Assembly (NCBI GenBank): GCA_020184695.1
Contig: JAANOX010000153.1
Location: 434,001 to 498,000, forward strand
Source: Histomonas meleagridis 2922-C6/04-290x
Taxonomy: Eukaryota > Protista > Parabasalia
Reading direction: 5' to 3'
Length of the DNA stretch: 64,000 nucleotides
This document shows positions 33,201 through 43,624 of this stretch, piece by piece. The notes under the pieces were generated by a model. It searched no databases and was not told the origin of the DNA. It was given only the letters and a program-made list of their open reading frames with translations. Both the position numbers and the translations under genes were made by a program. How positions within the stretch are numbered: position 1 is the first letter of the stretch; every line of letters begins with the position of its first letter.

Positions 33201-33576
33201 AAAATGCTTCTTGAGCAAAAAGATATTGATGTCAATGCTTATGCAATTTTTTGTTTGTTTTGTTTAATATTTACTTTGGTAATATTATATTTCAAAATAA
33301 TATTTGGAAATTATTTAAGTTATTTACTACAGCACTTATGTTTGCATCTAAAAATGGCCACATAGAAATAGTTAAATTACTTCTTGAACATGAAGGAATT
33401 GATGTTTATGCTAAAGATGTTTTTTTGTTTAACCTAAAATTTATAGAAATAATTTCATGTTTCGAAATTATATATGGAATATTTACATGCTATTGGAAAC
33501 AGCCCTTAAGAAAGCAATCAAGAAGCATCGATTAGAAGTTATTCAATTATTTCATGAAAAAGGCATAACAAATTAG
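30257..33576 (+). CDS. DUF3447-ankyrin gene with 14 spacer-interrupted ankyrin repeats (functional status unresolved)
   Basis: ORF 30257-31348 encodes DUF3447. Stop-free ankyrin segments start at 31397, 31510, 31663, 31833, 32003, 32173, 32343, 32496, 32649, 32816, 32986, 33156, 33329 and 33499; final TAG at 33574-33576. Confidence 0.75.
31397..33576 (+). repeat. Tandem array of ankyrin-segment-plus-spacer units, modal period 170 nt
   Basis: Periods counted by hand: 113, 153, 170, 170, 170, 170, 153, 153, 167, 170, 170, 173, 170. Confidence 0.9.
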
Positions 33577-33659
33577 AAATTATTGAATAAATATAATAAT
33601 TTTAATATTTTTTTTTTTTGAAATACTTAAGTATTGGATATCCAATACACTCATTTTTA

Positions 33660-34127
<468 letters not shown>

Positions 34128-34285
34128 AAGAAGGATGTAACTATAGGTTCCCTTAAAATTCTGAATTTTTGCAAAAAGAATATTATAATAAAGAAATCTT
34201 TCATTTGATTGATAATTTTTAACAAATGAAATTTCATTTAAATTATCTAAAAAATAATATTTTAAATGCAATGAAAGAATTTTTT

Positions 34286-35323
34286 TTATTCGGTTGGATG
34301 CACTTCATATGCAGAAGTTTCCTTTACCTTATTTCTATTTGCATATTGTTGGTAATTCTTTAACACCCTATGCACCACAGATTTCGCAGTAAATTCTGGA
34401 TAATCGGATTGTATTTCCTTAAATATTCCAAGTTGCTTTGGTACTCTAAACGCATCTTCGCCATTTAACCTTGATGGAGATGAACCTTCAACAACAAGCG
34501 ATGGATTAATTTGATCCATTAGCTCTTTGGTGATCACATATGGAGCGCCAATGATTACATCGTCGACATATTTCATTGCAAGAACGTTAAGGACTCGTTC
34601 TTGAAGTGTAAGAATTGGCATCGATGGACACATGAGGGATTCCATTGTTCTGTCGTCATGAACGCCAACAACTAAGTAATCGCCTAATTCTTTGGCTTTA
34701 CGAAGAAATGAGACATGTCCAGGATGTAAAAGATCAAATGTACCATCAACATAGATAACTTTGTCGCCATATTTGGGCTCATTTTGATTGGAAAATTGAG
34801 CAATTCGATGGGTGGTTGGAATATATGTATGAAGGGATGCTGATGATCCGGCTATTTCTCGGATAGCTGGAAGGTTGATGTCTTCAGGAAGCTCGGATGC
34901 TGGAAGACGAAGCATACGACCAATAATGTTGGTGGTCGATATGGCTTTGGTTCGTGGAACAGTTGCAAACATGTTAGCCTTACGAATTTCTTCATAACAA
35001 TCATGACCGTCGCCATTTAGAACAATATCGTCTCCGTGAACACATGCTTCACAACCAAGATTTCTAACATAATCAACTTGTGCAGTGTATGGTGCATTGG
35101 GAATAACTTTAGTAACCCACTTGCAGGATGAAACAATTTCTAATCTTTCTTGAAGTGTAAAAACAGGAGGACCTTTGTTTAGTTTGATTTCTTCGTCATT
35201 ATGAATTCCAACATAAAGTTCCTTTCCAAGCTGTGATGCTTGACGAAGGAAGTTGAAGTGACCGAAGTGGACAAGATCATAGCATCCGTCGACGTAGACA
35301 CGGTTGTATTTAGGCTGTGTCAT
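34286..35323 (-). CDS. PCYT2: Ethanolamine-phosphate cytidylyltransferase
   Basis: Two cytidylyltransferase domains with DGCYDLVHFGH and DGTFDLLHPGH, plus RTKAISTT. Confidence 0.92.
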   Translation of the reverse strand: MTQPKYNRVYVDGCYDLVHFGHFNFLRQASQLGKELYVGIHNDEEIKLNKGPPVFTLQERLEIVSSCKWVTKVIPNAPYTAQVDYVRNLGCEACVHGDDIVLNGDGHDCYEEIRKANMFATVPRTKAISTTNIIGRMLRLPASELPEDINLPAIREIAGSSASLHTYIPTTHRIAQFSNQNEPKYGDKVIYVDGTFDLLHPGHVSFLRKAKELGDYLVVGVHDDRTMESLMCPSMPILTLQERVLNVLAMKYVDDVIIGAPYVITKELMDQINPSLVVEGSSPSRLNGEDAFRVPKQLGIFKEIQSDYPEFTAKSVVHRVLKNYQQYANRNKVKETSAYEVHPTE

Positions 35324-35761
35324 TCGAAAATGGTTGGTTGTTTCGGTTAATTTAATTGAAATTTGTGATAACAGTCAAAAAAATTTCTGGGAATATTGCG
35401 ATGAGTAAAGTATTCAAAATATTTTCTCATGGAGAAAAACGTGTATTTGTTTTATGATTCACAATTGAATATCACTGGCATTGATTTCTATGTCTAAAAA
35501 TACTATAAAATACATTAATCTCTTTATGAATCATGAAAAAATTGTTTTAATCCAAAGAAGATAAATATTTGCGAATACATATTTATGTAAAAAAACATAA
35601 GAAAAACTCTTTGATCATGTGTTTTAAAGATGATATAAAAAATTTTATAAACAATAAAATTTTATTAATTCAAACATTAATATTAACATTCGAAAAAGGA
35701 TTTTTAATCCTAATTCAACTAAAATATATAATTAGTTACATAATTTACATTCATTTCTGAA

Positions 35762-36973
35762 TTATATTTTTCTCAGTCTTAAAGAAGGAGGAATGAATTT
35801 TTGACTTGATGATGTTCTTTTTGTTGGAATGAGAGGATTAAACAGAGAGCTCCTCTTAAGAGGTAAAGTTTGAGTAATTTGGGAAGAGGAATGTGGCTTA
35901 AATTCTGATGCTGCTGAATGAGAAACAGGAATTGAATACAGTGTGAGGTTATTTGGGGTGCCCTGTGAGGGGGTCTGAAAACCGTCGAGATCAAACGGTT
36001 CATATGTTTTGGAATTAAGGATTCCATGAGCAACGCCAATGGCTTGTTCATTTGTAATGTTAGACTCTGTAATGTCGGTTGTTTTATTGTCATATATACC
36101 ATGAATGGTACGTGTACTTGGATCAAAGATTTTTTGTTGTTGGAAAACTAAACAAGCTTTAGTAAAGTCTGACTCGTAGTTAGGAGGAACGTCCCATTTC
36201 TCTTCAAGACGAAGACTTGATATGATGGCAAGACCAGAATGATACATTTGCATTTTTTTAGCAGCTGTTCGAATTCCCATTTTTGGAATGGATGGAAGAT
36301 AATCACAACCTGATAGAACGCAACACTCTACAAACATTTCATGGGTCATTCCTGAAAATTCTTTGATTGAAAATATTTTCGTAAGCTCAATAAGATGGCA
36401 ATTTCCATTCTGCTCGAGTTTGTAAACAGTCCGAGGGCATTTGTAAACAAGAAGGTCTGAGTCTTCAGTTATTACAATATCAACAATATGGTTATATGCA
36501 AGAAATGCAAGTTGTGCATCTGCTTCATATGGTGCAACTATGAACTCAATATTATGCTTTTTTAGCGTTGTGAGGAGTGGGTGAAGAACATCCGGTGTAA
36601 TTTCAATTGATTTTGAATAATGAAAATCTGCTTCTGCTTTTAAACCTCTTTTTTCAAATTCTTCTGCAAGTTTATTGTGTTCTGCTCTCTTTTGTCTTCG
36701 CTTTTCGTTTGTGTATTTTTTGGCAGGCAAATCATTTCCATCAAAAACAACTAAAGGGCGGACTCTATTATCAATCAAAATTTGAATTCTCTTCATAAAG
36801 TATGATATATATTTTGTTGTGTGAAGTCCTTTTGCAAGTTCTCTACCACATGATAAACACCCTCTGTGAAGCCATACAAATCCATCAATTCCGGCCTTTT
36901 TTCCTGTAAATCTAGATATGTTCGTAATTTCTGTGGCATCCCGAACAGCCGGAAGCAGACCTTGAATTCCCAT
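35762..36973 (-). CDS. EXO1: Exonuclease 1 (XPG/Rad2 family)
   Basis: MGIQGLLP, IDGFVWLHRG, VFDG, APYEADAQLA, TEDSDL, LSGCDYLPSI; Inr TCACTT just upstream of the ATG. Confidence 0.92.
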   Translation of the reverse strand: MGIQGLLPAVRDATEITNISRFTGKKAGIDGFVWLHRGCLSCGRELAKGLHTTKYISYFMKRIQILIDNRVRPLVVFDGNDLPAKKYTNEKRRQKRAEHNKLAEEFEKRGLKAEADFHYSKSIEITPDVLHPLLTTLKKHNIEFIVAPYEADAQLAFLAYNHIVDIVITEDSDLLVYKCPRTVYKLEQNGNCHLIELTKIFSIKEFSGMTHEMFVECCVLSGCDYLPSIPKMGIRTAAKKMQMYHSGLAIISSLRLEEKWDVPPNYESDFTKACLVFQQQKIFDPSTRTIHGIYDNKTTDITESNITNEQAIGVAHGILNSKTYEPFDLDGFQTPSQGTPNNLTLYSIPVSHSAASEFKPHSSSQITQTLPLKRSSLFNPLIPTKRTSSSQKFIPPSLRLRKI

Positions 36974-37344
36974 TGAAGTGATACACTTTCAACGAAAATT
37001 TAAGTTGAATTCTAGGGGCACTCCAAACGTTCTCCAAAATTTTCCGACTCATCGTATTCAGAAAAGCTTTTCATATGAATTGTTTAATTTTTAAATTATA
37101 GTGCATTTTTTATCCCATAAGCATAATACTCAAACAGAATTACCAATGTTCGTTGTTTCAAAAACAAAATCTCATTCTTGTTTTTCTATGTGGTATTTCA
37201 TCCAAGAAGAATAACATCATTTTTACGATTAACTACAAACTACAATATGTGTGTGATTTTCTTTGTATAAGGATTGCACTTTGTTTTTAAGATAGAACAT
37301 CTAAATTTATTAATATTTATTACTAACAAATAAAATTTGATAAA

Positions 37345-38148
37345 TCATGATACCTCAAGCATGTAATCAAGATCTTCTTCTTTTTTGTCATATTGATCAA
37401 CTGTATCATTATTTTTTAGTTCAATGCTAAGCTCTTTCTTTTCCTTTATGAAAATTCTCTTCTTTGCTGTCTTCCAAAGGAAAAAAGTTATCGAAAACCC
37501 AATGAAAAATCCGGCAGTTACATCATCTGGGTGATGCTTGTAGTCTTTGATTCTAGTGGCCCCAACGTATACTCCAAAAACAAAAAAAAGAAGACAAAAA
37601 AAGTCAGTTGCGATGTTTTTTCTTTTCAAAAGTTTTTGAATAAATAATGCAAAAAACGTAGAAAACGACATTGATAATGTAGAATGAGTAGATGGCCATG
37701 AAACAAATTGTTTATCTTTGGACTTATACGTGCATGTTTCATATGTTGAATTATATCCACATACTGAATATGTATCGGGGCGCGGCCACCCAACAAAACC
37801 TTTGAAAAAAGAGCATATAGCACCTGATGTACCAATAGCTATTAGAAACATCCAAAAACATGTAAATAGTTGAAAGCTACGAAATATTTTGGATATTTTT
37901 GTTAATGAAAATGCAATTGAAATAATTGATGTTGCCATTAAATAGCAATATGTTTCAAGGGTGTTTCGTGGAAAAACTTGGGTTTCAGCTTTTGGGTACG
38001 AAACAGAAGCATCATTAAATGGAATAATCATTGGATATGTTTTTACTTTCATTGATAGCTGCCAAAGAACTAATGCGACTGCAGCAAAAAATCCATTATA
38101 GAAATCAATATAATTAAGGACTTTCTTTGCATTCACAACAGAAAACAT
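37345..38148 (-). CDS. PAP2-family lipid phosphate phosphatase
   Basis: KGFVGWPRP, SWPSTHS and TRIKDYKHHPDDV motifs with six TM-like segments; first ATG at 38148. Confidence 0.9.
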   Translation of the reverse strand: MFSVVNAKKVLNYIDFYNGFFAAVALVLWQLSMKVKTYPMIIPFNDASVSYPKAETQVFPRNTLETYCYLMATSIISIAFSLTKISKIFRSFQLFTCFWMFLIAIGTSGAICSFFKGFVGWPRPDTYSVCGYNSTYETCTYKSKDKQFVSWPSTHSTLSMSFSTFFALFIQKLLKRKNIATDFFCLLFFVFGVYVGATRIKDYKHHPDDVTAGFFIGFSITFFLWKTAKKRIFIKEKKELSIELKNNDTVDQYDKKEEDLDYMLEVS

Positions 38149-38349
38149 TTTATTAACGGTCACATACCTTGCAAAAAAAAAAAAATAATTAAAAAATTTC
38201 TCACAATATCTGATATAAACTCAAATTTTAAAAAGAGAAGGAAGAAAATATAAGTTATGAAATTTTGTTGAACAAAATCCATTAATTCTGATATTTCATT
38301 AATTGTAAATAATATAAAAGCAAGTGAAAGAATTTATTGGATGTTCTGT

Positions 38350-38523
38350 TTAGTCATATTTCTTAAATCCAAGGAGTGATGCACGTTCGCGGAAGCATCT
38401 CCTGCACATATTAATTCCATAGCTACGGATAACACCACGACGGCGTTGGCAACAGCGGCATCCACGTTCAAAAGAGCCTTTTGCGTGTTCTCGGTTGTGT
38501 TTTGGTACGAAGTTAGCTGGCAT
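38350..38523 (-). CDS. RPS29: 40S ribosomal protein S29 (uS14), 57 aa
   Basis: Hand translation MPANFVPKHNREHAKGSFERGCRCCQRRRGVIRSYGINMCRRCFRERASLLGFKKYD with the uS14 zinc-binding pattern; below the ORF-track length cut-off. Confidence 0.95.
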   Translation of the reverse strand: MPANFVPKHNREHAKGSFERGCRCCQRRRGVIRSYGINMCRRCFRERASLLGFKKYD

Positions 38524-38552
38524 TCGTCAAGAAAGAAAGGCCATAACCGTCC
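38524..38552 (-). promoter_or_regulatory. RPS29 core promoter with M3-like and M5-like elements
   Basis: Minus strand GACGGTTATGGCCTTTC: ACGGTT at 38545-38550 and CCTTT at 38536-38540. Confidence 0.6.
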
Positions 38553-38714
38553 CAACGTTCGTCACTTTTCGACAAATTTTGAATGGTTTATCAATTCAAA
38601 CTTTTTCCAAAAATTTTGAGATTCGAATCAATGCCTATCGTATGGCATTTTTTTCGGTACTGACAATTGTATTTTCTCACAAATATTTAAACAGGGTTGT
38701 ACATTATTTAATTG

Positions 38715-40060
38715 ATGGAACTTTCGAAATCATTAGAATCAATTGTCTATAATCTCAACGAAAAAAATTTCGATCAATCAGTTCAAGCAACAATTAATTT
38801 ATTTGTAGATAGGCTGCCATATACATTTAACTATCTTGTTTCTAGACTTATCTATTCAGCTTTTGTTTCTCAATCAAATAATGAAAATATATATATATTA
38901 AATATTTATTAACTTTAAAAGAAAAAGAAGATGAAAAAGTTAAAAACATAAGTGGAACTGAAGCCAATCTTGTTCAAATCTTTTGTAAATATTTACTGAG
39001 AACAGAAAAACAAGAATCATATTTCCTTCTTGAAAAGATGATCGAAGAAGAAATAATTGAACCATCTTCAGTAAAGAACATAAACACATTTTATTTTTTT
39101 CTCAATATAAAACAAAAGAAGAAATAAATGAATTAAAGAACAAATATCCAAGACCACAATTCCTTGAAGAATTTATTTCAGCACTTGATGAATTATCAAA
39201 AGATGATTGGAAATTTCATATGCAATATGTAAAAGAAGGAGTTAATCCATTAGAAATTGCGAAAAGTACTTCGAAATGATGATTTAGAAAAGCTTCAAGA
39301 AATATCATCAAATAATGAATTTGACTTTAATCAAATAATTAAGCCATCACTTTATGAAAGATGCTCATTTATTAATACTGAAAATGTTACATTAATTGAT
39401 TATTGTGCATTTTTTGGTTCGATTAAATGTTTTAAATATTTATTATTAAATAATTCGAATATTAAAAATACATCTAAATATGCAATTGCAGGTGGAAACT
39501 TAGAAATTATTCATTTATGTGAACAAAACAATTCATCGTTTAAAGAAGCACATGAAACAGCAATAGAATTTCATCGAAATGAAATTTTTCATTATCTTTA
39601 TGAAAATAAAATTGGAAAATTTTCATCTTCAAACTCTTCTTTTACAAAATCGAATTCTGATATCGAAAAACCAGCTAATTGTAATTTAAGTGAAGAAAAT
39701 TTAATATATCTTGGGAAAAAATGTATTGAATTTAATAATTATGAAATCTTCATGTTTTTAGAAAAAGAAGGAATGAAAATGAAAAAAGAAATTATAGAAG
39801 AAATAGCATCAAAAGGAAATACATTCATAATAGAAAGTGATATAGAAAGTCAACGAATTCCAAAAACAATTTTACCATATTCAGTTAAATCAGGAAATAT
39901 AGAAATAGTAAAATTACTTTTAGATAAAGGAATTGATGTTAATGCAAAAACTATTCATTTGAATAATTTGGAATATGTTTTAATAATTTGTAATATATTT
40001 TAATAATTTAAAATATGTTTTAATAATTTGAAATAATTTTTTGATGGAATTTCGAAATAT
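38715..40060 (+). pseudogene. DUF3447-ankyrin pseudogene
   Basis: Homologous N-terminus broken by at least three frameshifts (about 38900, 39100 and 39260); DUF3447 in 39257-40003; ends in a spacer-like sequence with an internal 20-nt tandem repeat. Confidence 0.8.
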
Positions 40061-40267
40061 TCAATTTATATAAATAAAAGTCATATACTCAAATAATCCG
40101 AATCTAGCCGAATAATTTTTACTATAAAATTTTATTTATATTTTGAGTGAATATGCTCGGAAAAGTAATTTCAAATTTTCTGAAGGTACATCTCAAAGAG
40201 TCGGAACCACTCTACCTAGGTATCTAAAATCTCTTGACACAGTCTAATATAAATATATTTTAACAGT

Positions 40268-40837
40268 TTATGAATATGTGAGTTTTGTAATGTGCTGGAG
40301 AATTTCTTGCATTTTGTGTGAGAGTGCGTTTGAAAGCTGGCGATAATTGTTTTGTGATCTCATAATTTGATATTGGTAATCATGCTGTATGGCAAAATGC
40401 TTTGTAAGTTCGTTAATTTGATCTTCAATTCCAGAAGCATCTTGGACTAGCCCATGAATGTCTCTAAGCTCACTATCTATTTCGTCAATCCATAATGTAA
40501 GTTCCCTAAAAGGATCTACACCATCATTTTGTAACAGACAAAACGGGCATTTAAAATTGTTAGGATTCCTTAAAGCAACGCTATCAAGACAATTTGCATG
40601 TAATCTGCAGTGACAGCAGCTACAGACAACAAGCTTGCCTGAGTTTTCGTTGCTACCACATATGCAACGAATAGTAGTGTATAAAGGAATTTCTTGATTA
40701 TCATTTGGAATATTTTCAGGTCTAGTAGATTTTTGTCCACTGCTCACATTCTCTATGAGATTAGCAAAAGCTAAAGCCTTGAGCTCAAAAGGAGAAAGTA
40801 AAGATGTGTTATCAAAAGTTTCTCCCAGAATGTCCAT
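40268..40837 (-). CDS. PHD-finger protein
   Basis: IRCICG...VVCSCCHCRLHANC...FKCPFC, followed by a coiled-coil-like helix. Confidence 0.85.
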   Translation of the reverse strand: MDILGETFDNTSLLSPFELKALAFANLIENVSSGQKSTRPENIPNDNQEIPLYTTIRCICGSNENSGKLVVCSCCHCRLHANCLDSVALRNPNNFKCPFCLLQNDGVDPFRELTLWIDEIDSELRDIHGLVQDASGIEDQINELTKHFAIQHDYQYQIMRSQNNYRQLSNALSHKMQEILQHITKLTYS

Positions 40838-41409
40838 TATTTTGTTTTATTAACGTTCGCTAATGAAGGAAAACAGATAAAATTGATATATCAACCACCT
40901 TCATTTCTTTTTATCGAGTTACTAAAACTCTCATTGTTGAAGTCAGTATTTTTACGAAAGGAGCTTTTTTTATTTGTTTCAATTGTTATCTAAATAAATT
41001 ATTTGAACATAAACAAAAATTATTACATTTTTAATCACGTACAATGAGACTTAATATATTTTTTGGCATAAATGTCATAGAACTAATTAATACATGATAA
41101 TTTTTAAATTTTCATTGGTGCATGTAAAATCAAGTTACTAAATTACTTAACCTGCAATTGCTTTATGTTTCATGTGGTTCATAAATTTTAATATTTTTGT
41201 TAAAATTTTTCATTTCAAATCTTAAGATTTTTGCTTGGATAAAATGAATATACTTTCAATGTTCTATTTTATTTCATGCTGTTAAAAAAATTAGAATTTT
41301 TATTCAAACACTTCTGGAAAATTTTCAGATAATGTCCAAAATTTTTAATATTTTATTAGATTGAAATTTAAATGGTTAAATGATTTAAATATGAAAAATT
41401 GTTGAACAA

Positions 41410-41613
41410 TCCTGATGATGAATGACTACAAAAGAATAAAGGAAGCATAAAGTCAAAGCAGACTTTTTTGTCAAAAAGCGACACAAATTTTTGAAAGAAG
41501 CACGACAGCTAAATTGAAATTTCAATGTTACCAATGGCTTCATAAAAAAACTAAAATATCTTAAAACCTATCAAAAGAAAATTCATTCTGTCACGAAAAT
41601 GACATAAACTTAT
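41410..41613 (+). mobile_element. Possible highly decayed pogo/Tc5-like transposase HTH remnant
   Basis: FLKEARQLN*NFNVTNGFIKKLK...KKIH resembles the F.aS.G(W/F)i..Fk.R motif; no TIRs or DDE domain seen. Confidence 0.25.
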
Positions 41614-41858
41614 AATAAATTTATTTCGCCAAAAATTAAAACGGAAAACAATACATTTAAGTGTTGGATGTACACCAAAAACATTTTTACCGCTTGCCTT
41701 ACCTGCTTTTGAATTGTTTATTTGAATGAATTTTTGTTCTTTTACTTTTTGAAAAAGCGACTCCCGCAGTCTATCGGCGAAACTTTTCTGCTAAATTTCA
41801 GATCGTCCCGCTCAACTACCGATTACGGTTTGTAACAAATTTTATTTCTGATTCTGTC

Positions 41859-42299
41859 ATGGGTTTCAAGTGCACAATTCAGTTTGCATTCCAAGTTATT
41901 GCTTTAGTAGCTGCTGTTTTCGGTATCGTTGCAGGTTTTGTAACAATGTTTACTGGCGGAGACCAGGGATTTATTCTATTCGTAAGAGGTGTATATACAA
42001 TTATTTTTGCACTTGCTCTGGGATGCATTGAAGTATACGTGTTCAAATTCTTCGGATATTTTGGTTTCCTTCTCAAACTTTGGGGAAAGGGTTTAATGTA
42101 TCTTTTCATGGGTGCTTTACTCTTTGCAACATCTGGATTCGGCCTTGCTTGCGCCATTATATACTGGGCATGTGCAGTCATATACGGAATCCTTGGTATC
42201 TTCTTCCCAGTATCAGCACCACCTCTTTTGCAAGGTGGCTTCCGTGGATCAGAACCAGACGTCCACGTTTCATCATCTGAAATTTATGAAAAGCAATAA
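41859..42299 (+). CDS. TVP15/COPI-associated Golgi membrane protein
   Basis: RGVYTIIFALAL..IE...FGYFGFLLKLWGKGLMYLFMG pattern with four hydrophobic segments. Confidence 0.75.
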   Translation: MGFKCTIQFAFQVIALVAAVFGIVAGFVTMFTGGDQGFILFVRGVYTIIFALALGCIEVYVFKFFGYFGFLLKLWGKGLMYLFMGALLFATSGFGLACAIIYWACAVIYGILGIFFPVSAPPLLQGGFRGSEPDVHVSSSEIYEKQ

Positions 42300-42379
42300 A
42301 CAATCCATTTAAATATTTTTTCTTTTTAATCTTCGATAACGGTTTTAGGGTAAATTTTACCCTTTCGAAGTCAAATTAA

Positions 42380-42964
42380 ATGGAAGAAACAACAACTTTG
42401 GCTTGGAGTGCTGCACGACAAAATCAGCTATCCGAATTAGAGCGATTCACTCCATCTAAGATACCTCCAAACTCTAAGATAATGAGCGAAAAAAATCATT
42501 GCCATTCTTTACTAATGGGTGCTGCAGCACATGGTGCAGTTGATTGCGCAAGATATCTTTTAGATAATGGAGCGCCTCCTGATCAAAAAAATTTCCAGGG
42601 TTTTACTGCATTACATTGGGCTGCATTTACTGGAAGAACTGAAGTTGTTCCTTTACTTTTAGAACGTGGCGCAGATATTGAAGCACGTACTGCTGATGGG
42701 AAAACAGCAGTGCATATAGCATCATATCGTGGGCAACGAGGTTTTCTTGATTTCATATTAAAACAAGGAGCTGATATAAATGCAGTGGACGCAGAAGGTT
42801 ATACGGCACTTCATTTTGCAGCTCTTGCAAATCAGCAAGCAACAGCGGAATATTTAATAAGAAAGAATATTGTTACAAATCAATTTGATTCCCACAAAAA
42901 AACAATTCTTGATTTTGCTAAGGAAAGAGATATTCCTTGGCTTGTGTCAATGCTCGAAAAATAA
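42380..42964 (+). CDS. Uninterrupted ankyrin-repeat protein
   Basis: Standard 33-aa repeats: NFQGFTALHWA, TADGKTAVHIA, DAEGYTALHFA. Confidence 0.92.
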   Translation: MEETTTLAWSAARQNQLSELERFTPSKIPPNSKIMSEKNHCHSLLMGAAAHGAVDCARYLLDNGAPPDQKNFQGFTALHWAAFTGRTEVVPLLLERGADIEARTADGKTAVHIASYRGQRGFLDFILKQGADINAVDAEGYTALHFAALANQQATAEYLIRKNIVTNQFDSHKKTILDFAKERDIPWLVSMLEK

Positions 42965-43005
42965 TAAAAGATACGTGTAACAAATTTTCAATCTAATGAT
43001 GATTT

Positions 43006-43230
43006 TTATTCACGTTTGTCTAGATAGATGACTTCAAGTCCTTGTGGAATTGATTCAGTGACAAGTTGAACAAATTTAGCTTGCTTGACAGTTAAGGTAT
43101 AGAGATATCTTGTGGTCCTAAGCTTGAACTTTGTATCACCATTCTTCACCTTCTTCACCTTAACCCACTTAGCATCTGGGCGAGCAGCAAGCTCGAGGAA
43201 CTTTCTGGGTGTTTGGACTGACTTCGGCAT
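43006..43230 (-). CDS. RPL38: 60S ribosomal protein L38 (eL38)
   Basis: MPKSV...KFLELAARPDAK, TKFKLRTTRYLYTL. Confidence 0.96.
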   Translation of the reverse strand: MPKSVQTPRKFLELAARPDAKWVKVKKVKNGDTKFKLRTTRYLYTLTVKQAKFVQLVTESIPQGLEVIYLDKRE

Positions 43231-43257
43231 ATAGGAAAAGGTTGACCAAAACCGTTA
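43231..43257 (-). promoter_or_regulatory. RPL38 core promoter with M3-like, TGGTC and M5-like elements
   Basis: Minus strand AACGGTTTTGGTCAACCTTTTCCTAT immediately before the ATG. Confidence 0.6.
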
Positions 43258-43624
43258 AAAGCACTGTATTTCAATAAGGGTAAAAATTACCAAACATCAG
43301 ACGGTTATTATAATAAAAAAGTTTTTTGCTATACGAATCAAATTCATTATCAAATAGCGAATTCTTTATAATTTGAAATCAAAAAGTAAATAAATATTTT
43401 CATGTTTCCAAAAGGTGTTAACATTTATTACTATCTTGAAATGTTTTCAAGAATTCAAATTACGTTGTTTTAATAAAGCCAAATTTAAAGCTTTTTTAAA
43501 AAACAAATGAAAAATCAAGGCTACTTTGGTTTTATGGAATACACCTCTGCATGGTTGCTCCTTATTTCCATGCTAAACAATTGTTTCATTTTACCAATTG
43601 AAACATATTTTTAGTAAATGTAGA

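Noticed and set aside
31397-33576. CRISPR-like repeat-spacer array
   Set aside because: The conserved parts are ankyrin coding sequence, the spacers are homologous to each other, there are no cas genes, and the context is eukaryotic.
38155-38172. GTATGT 5' splice site upstream of the PAP2 gene (minus strand)
   Set aside because: No ACTAAC...AG acceptor follows, and the ORF is complete from the ATG at 38148.
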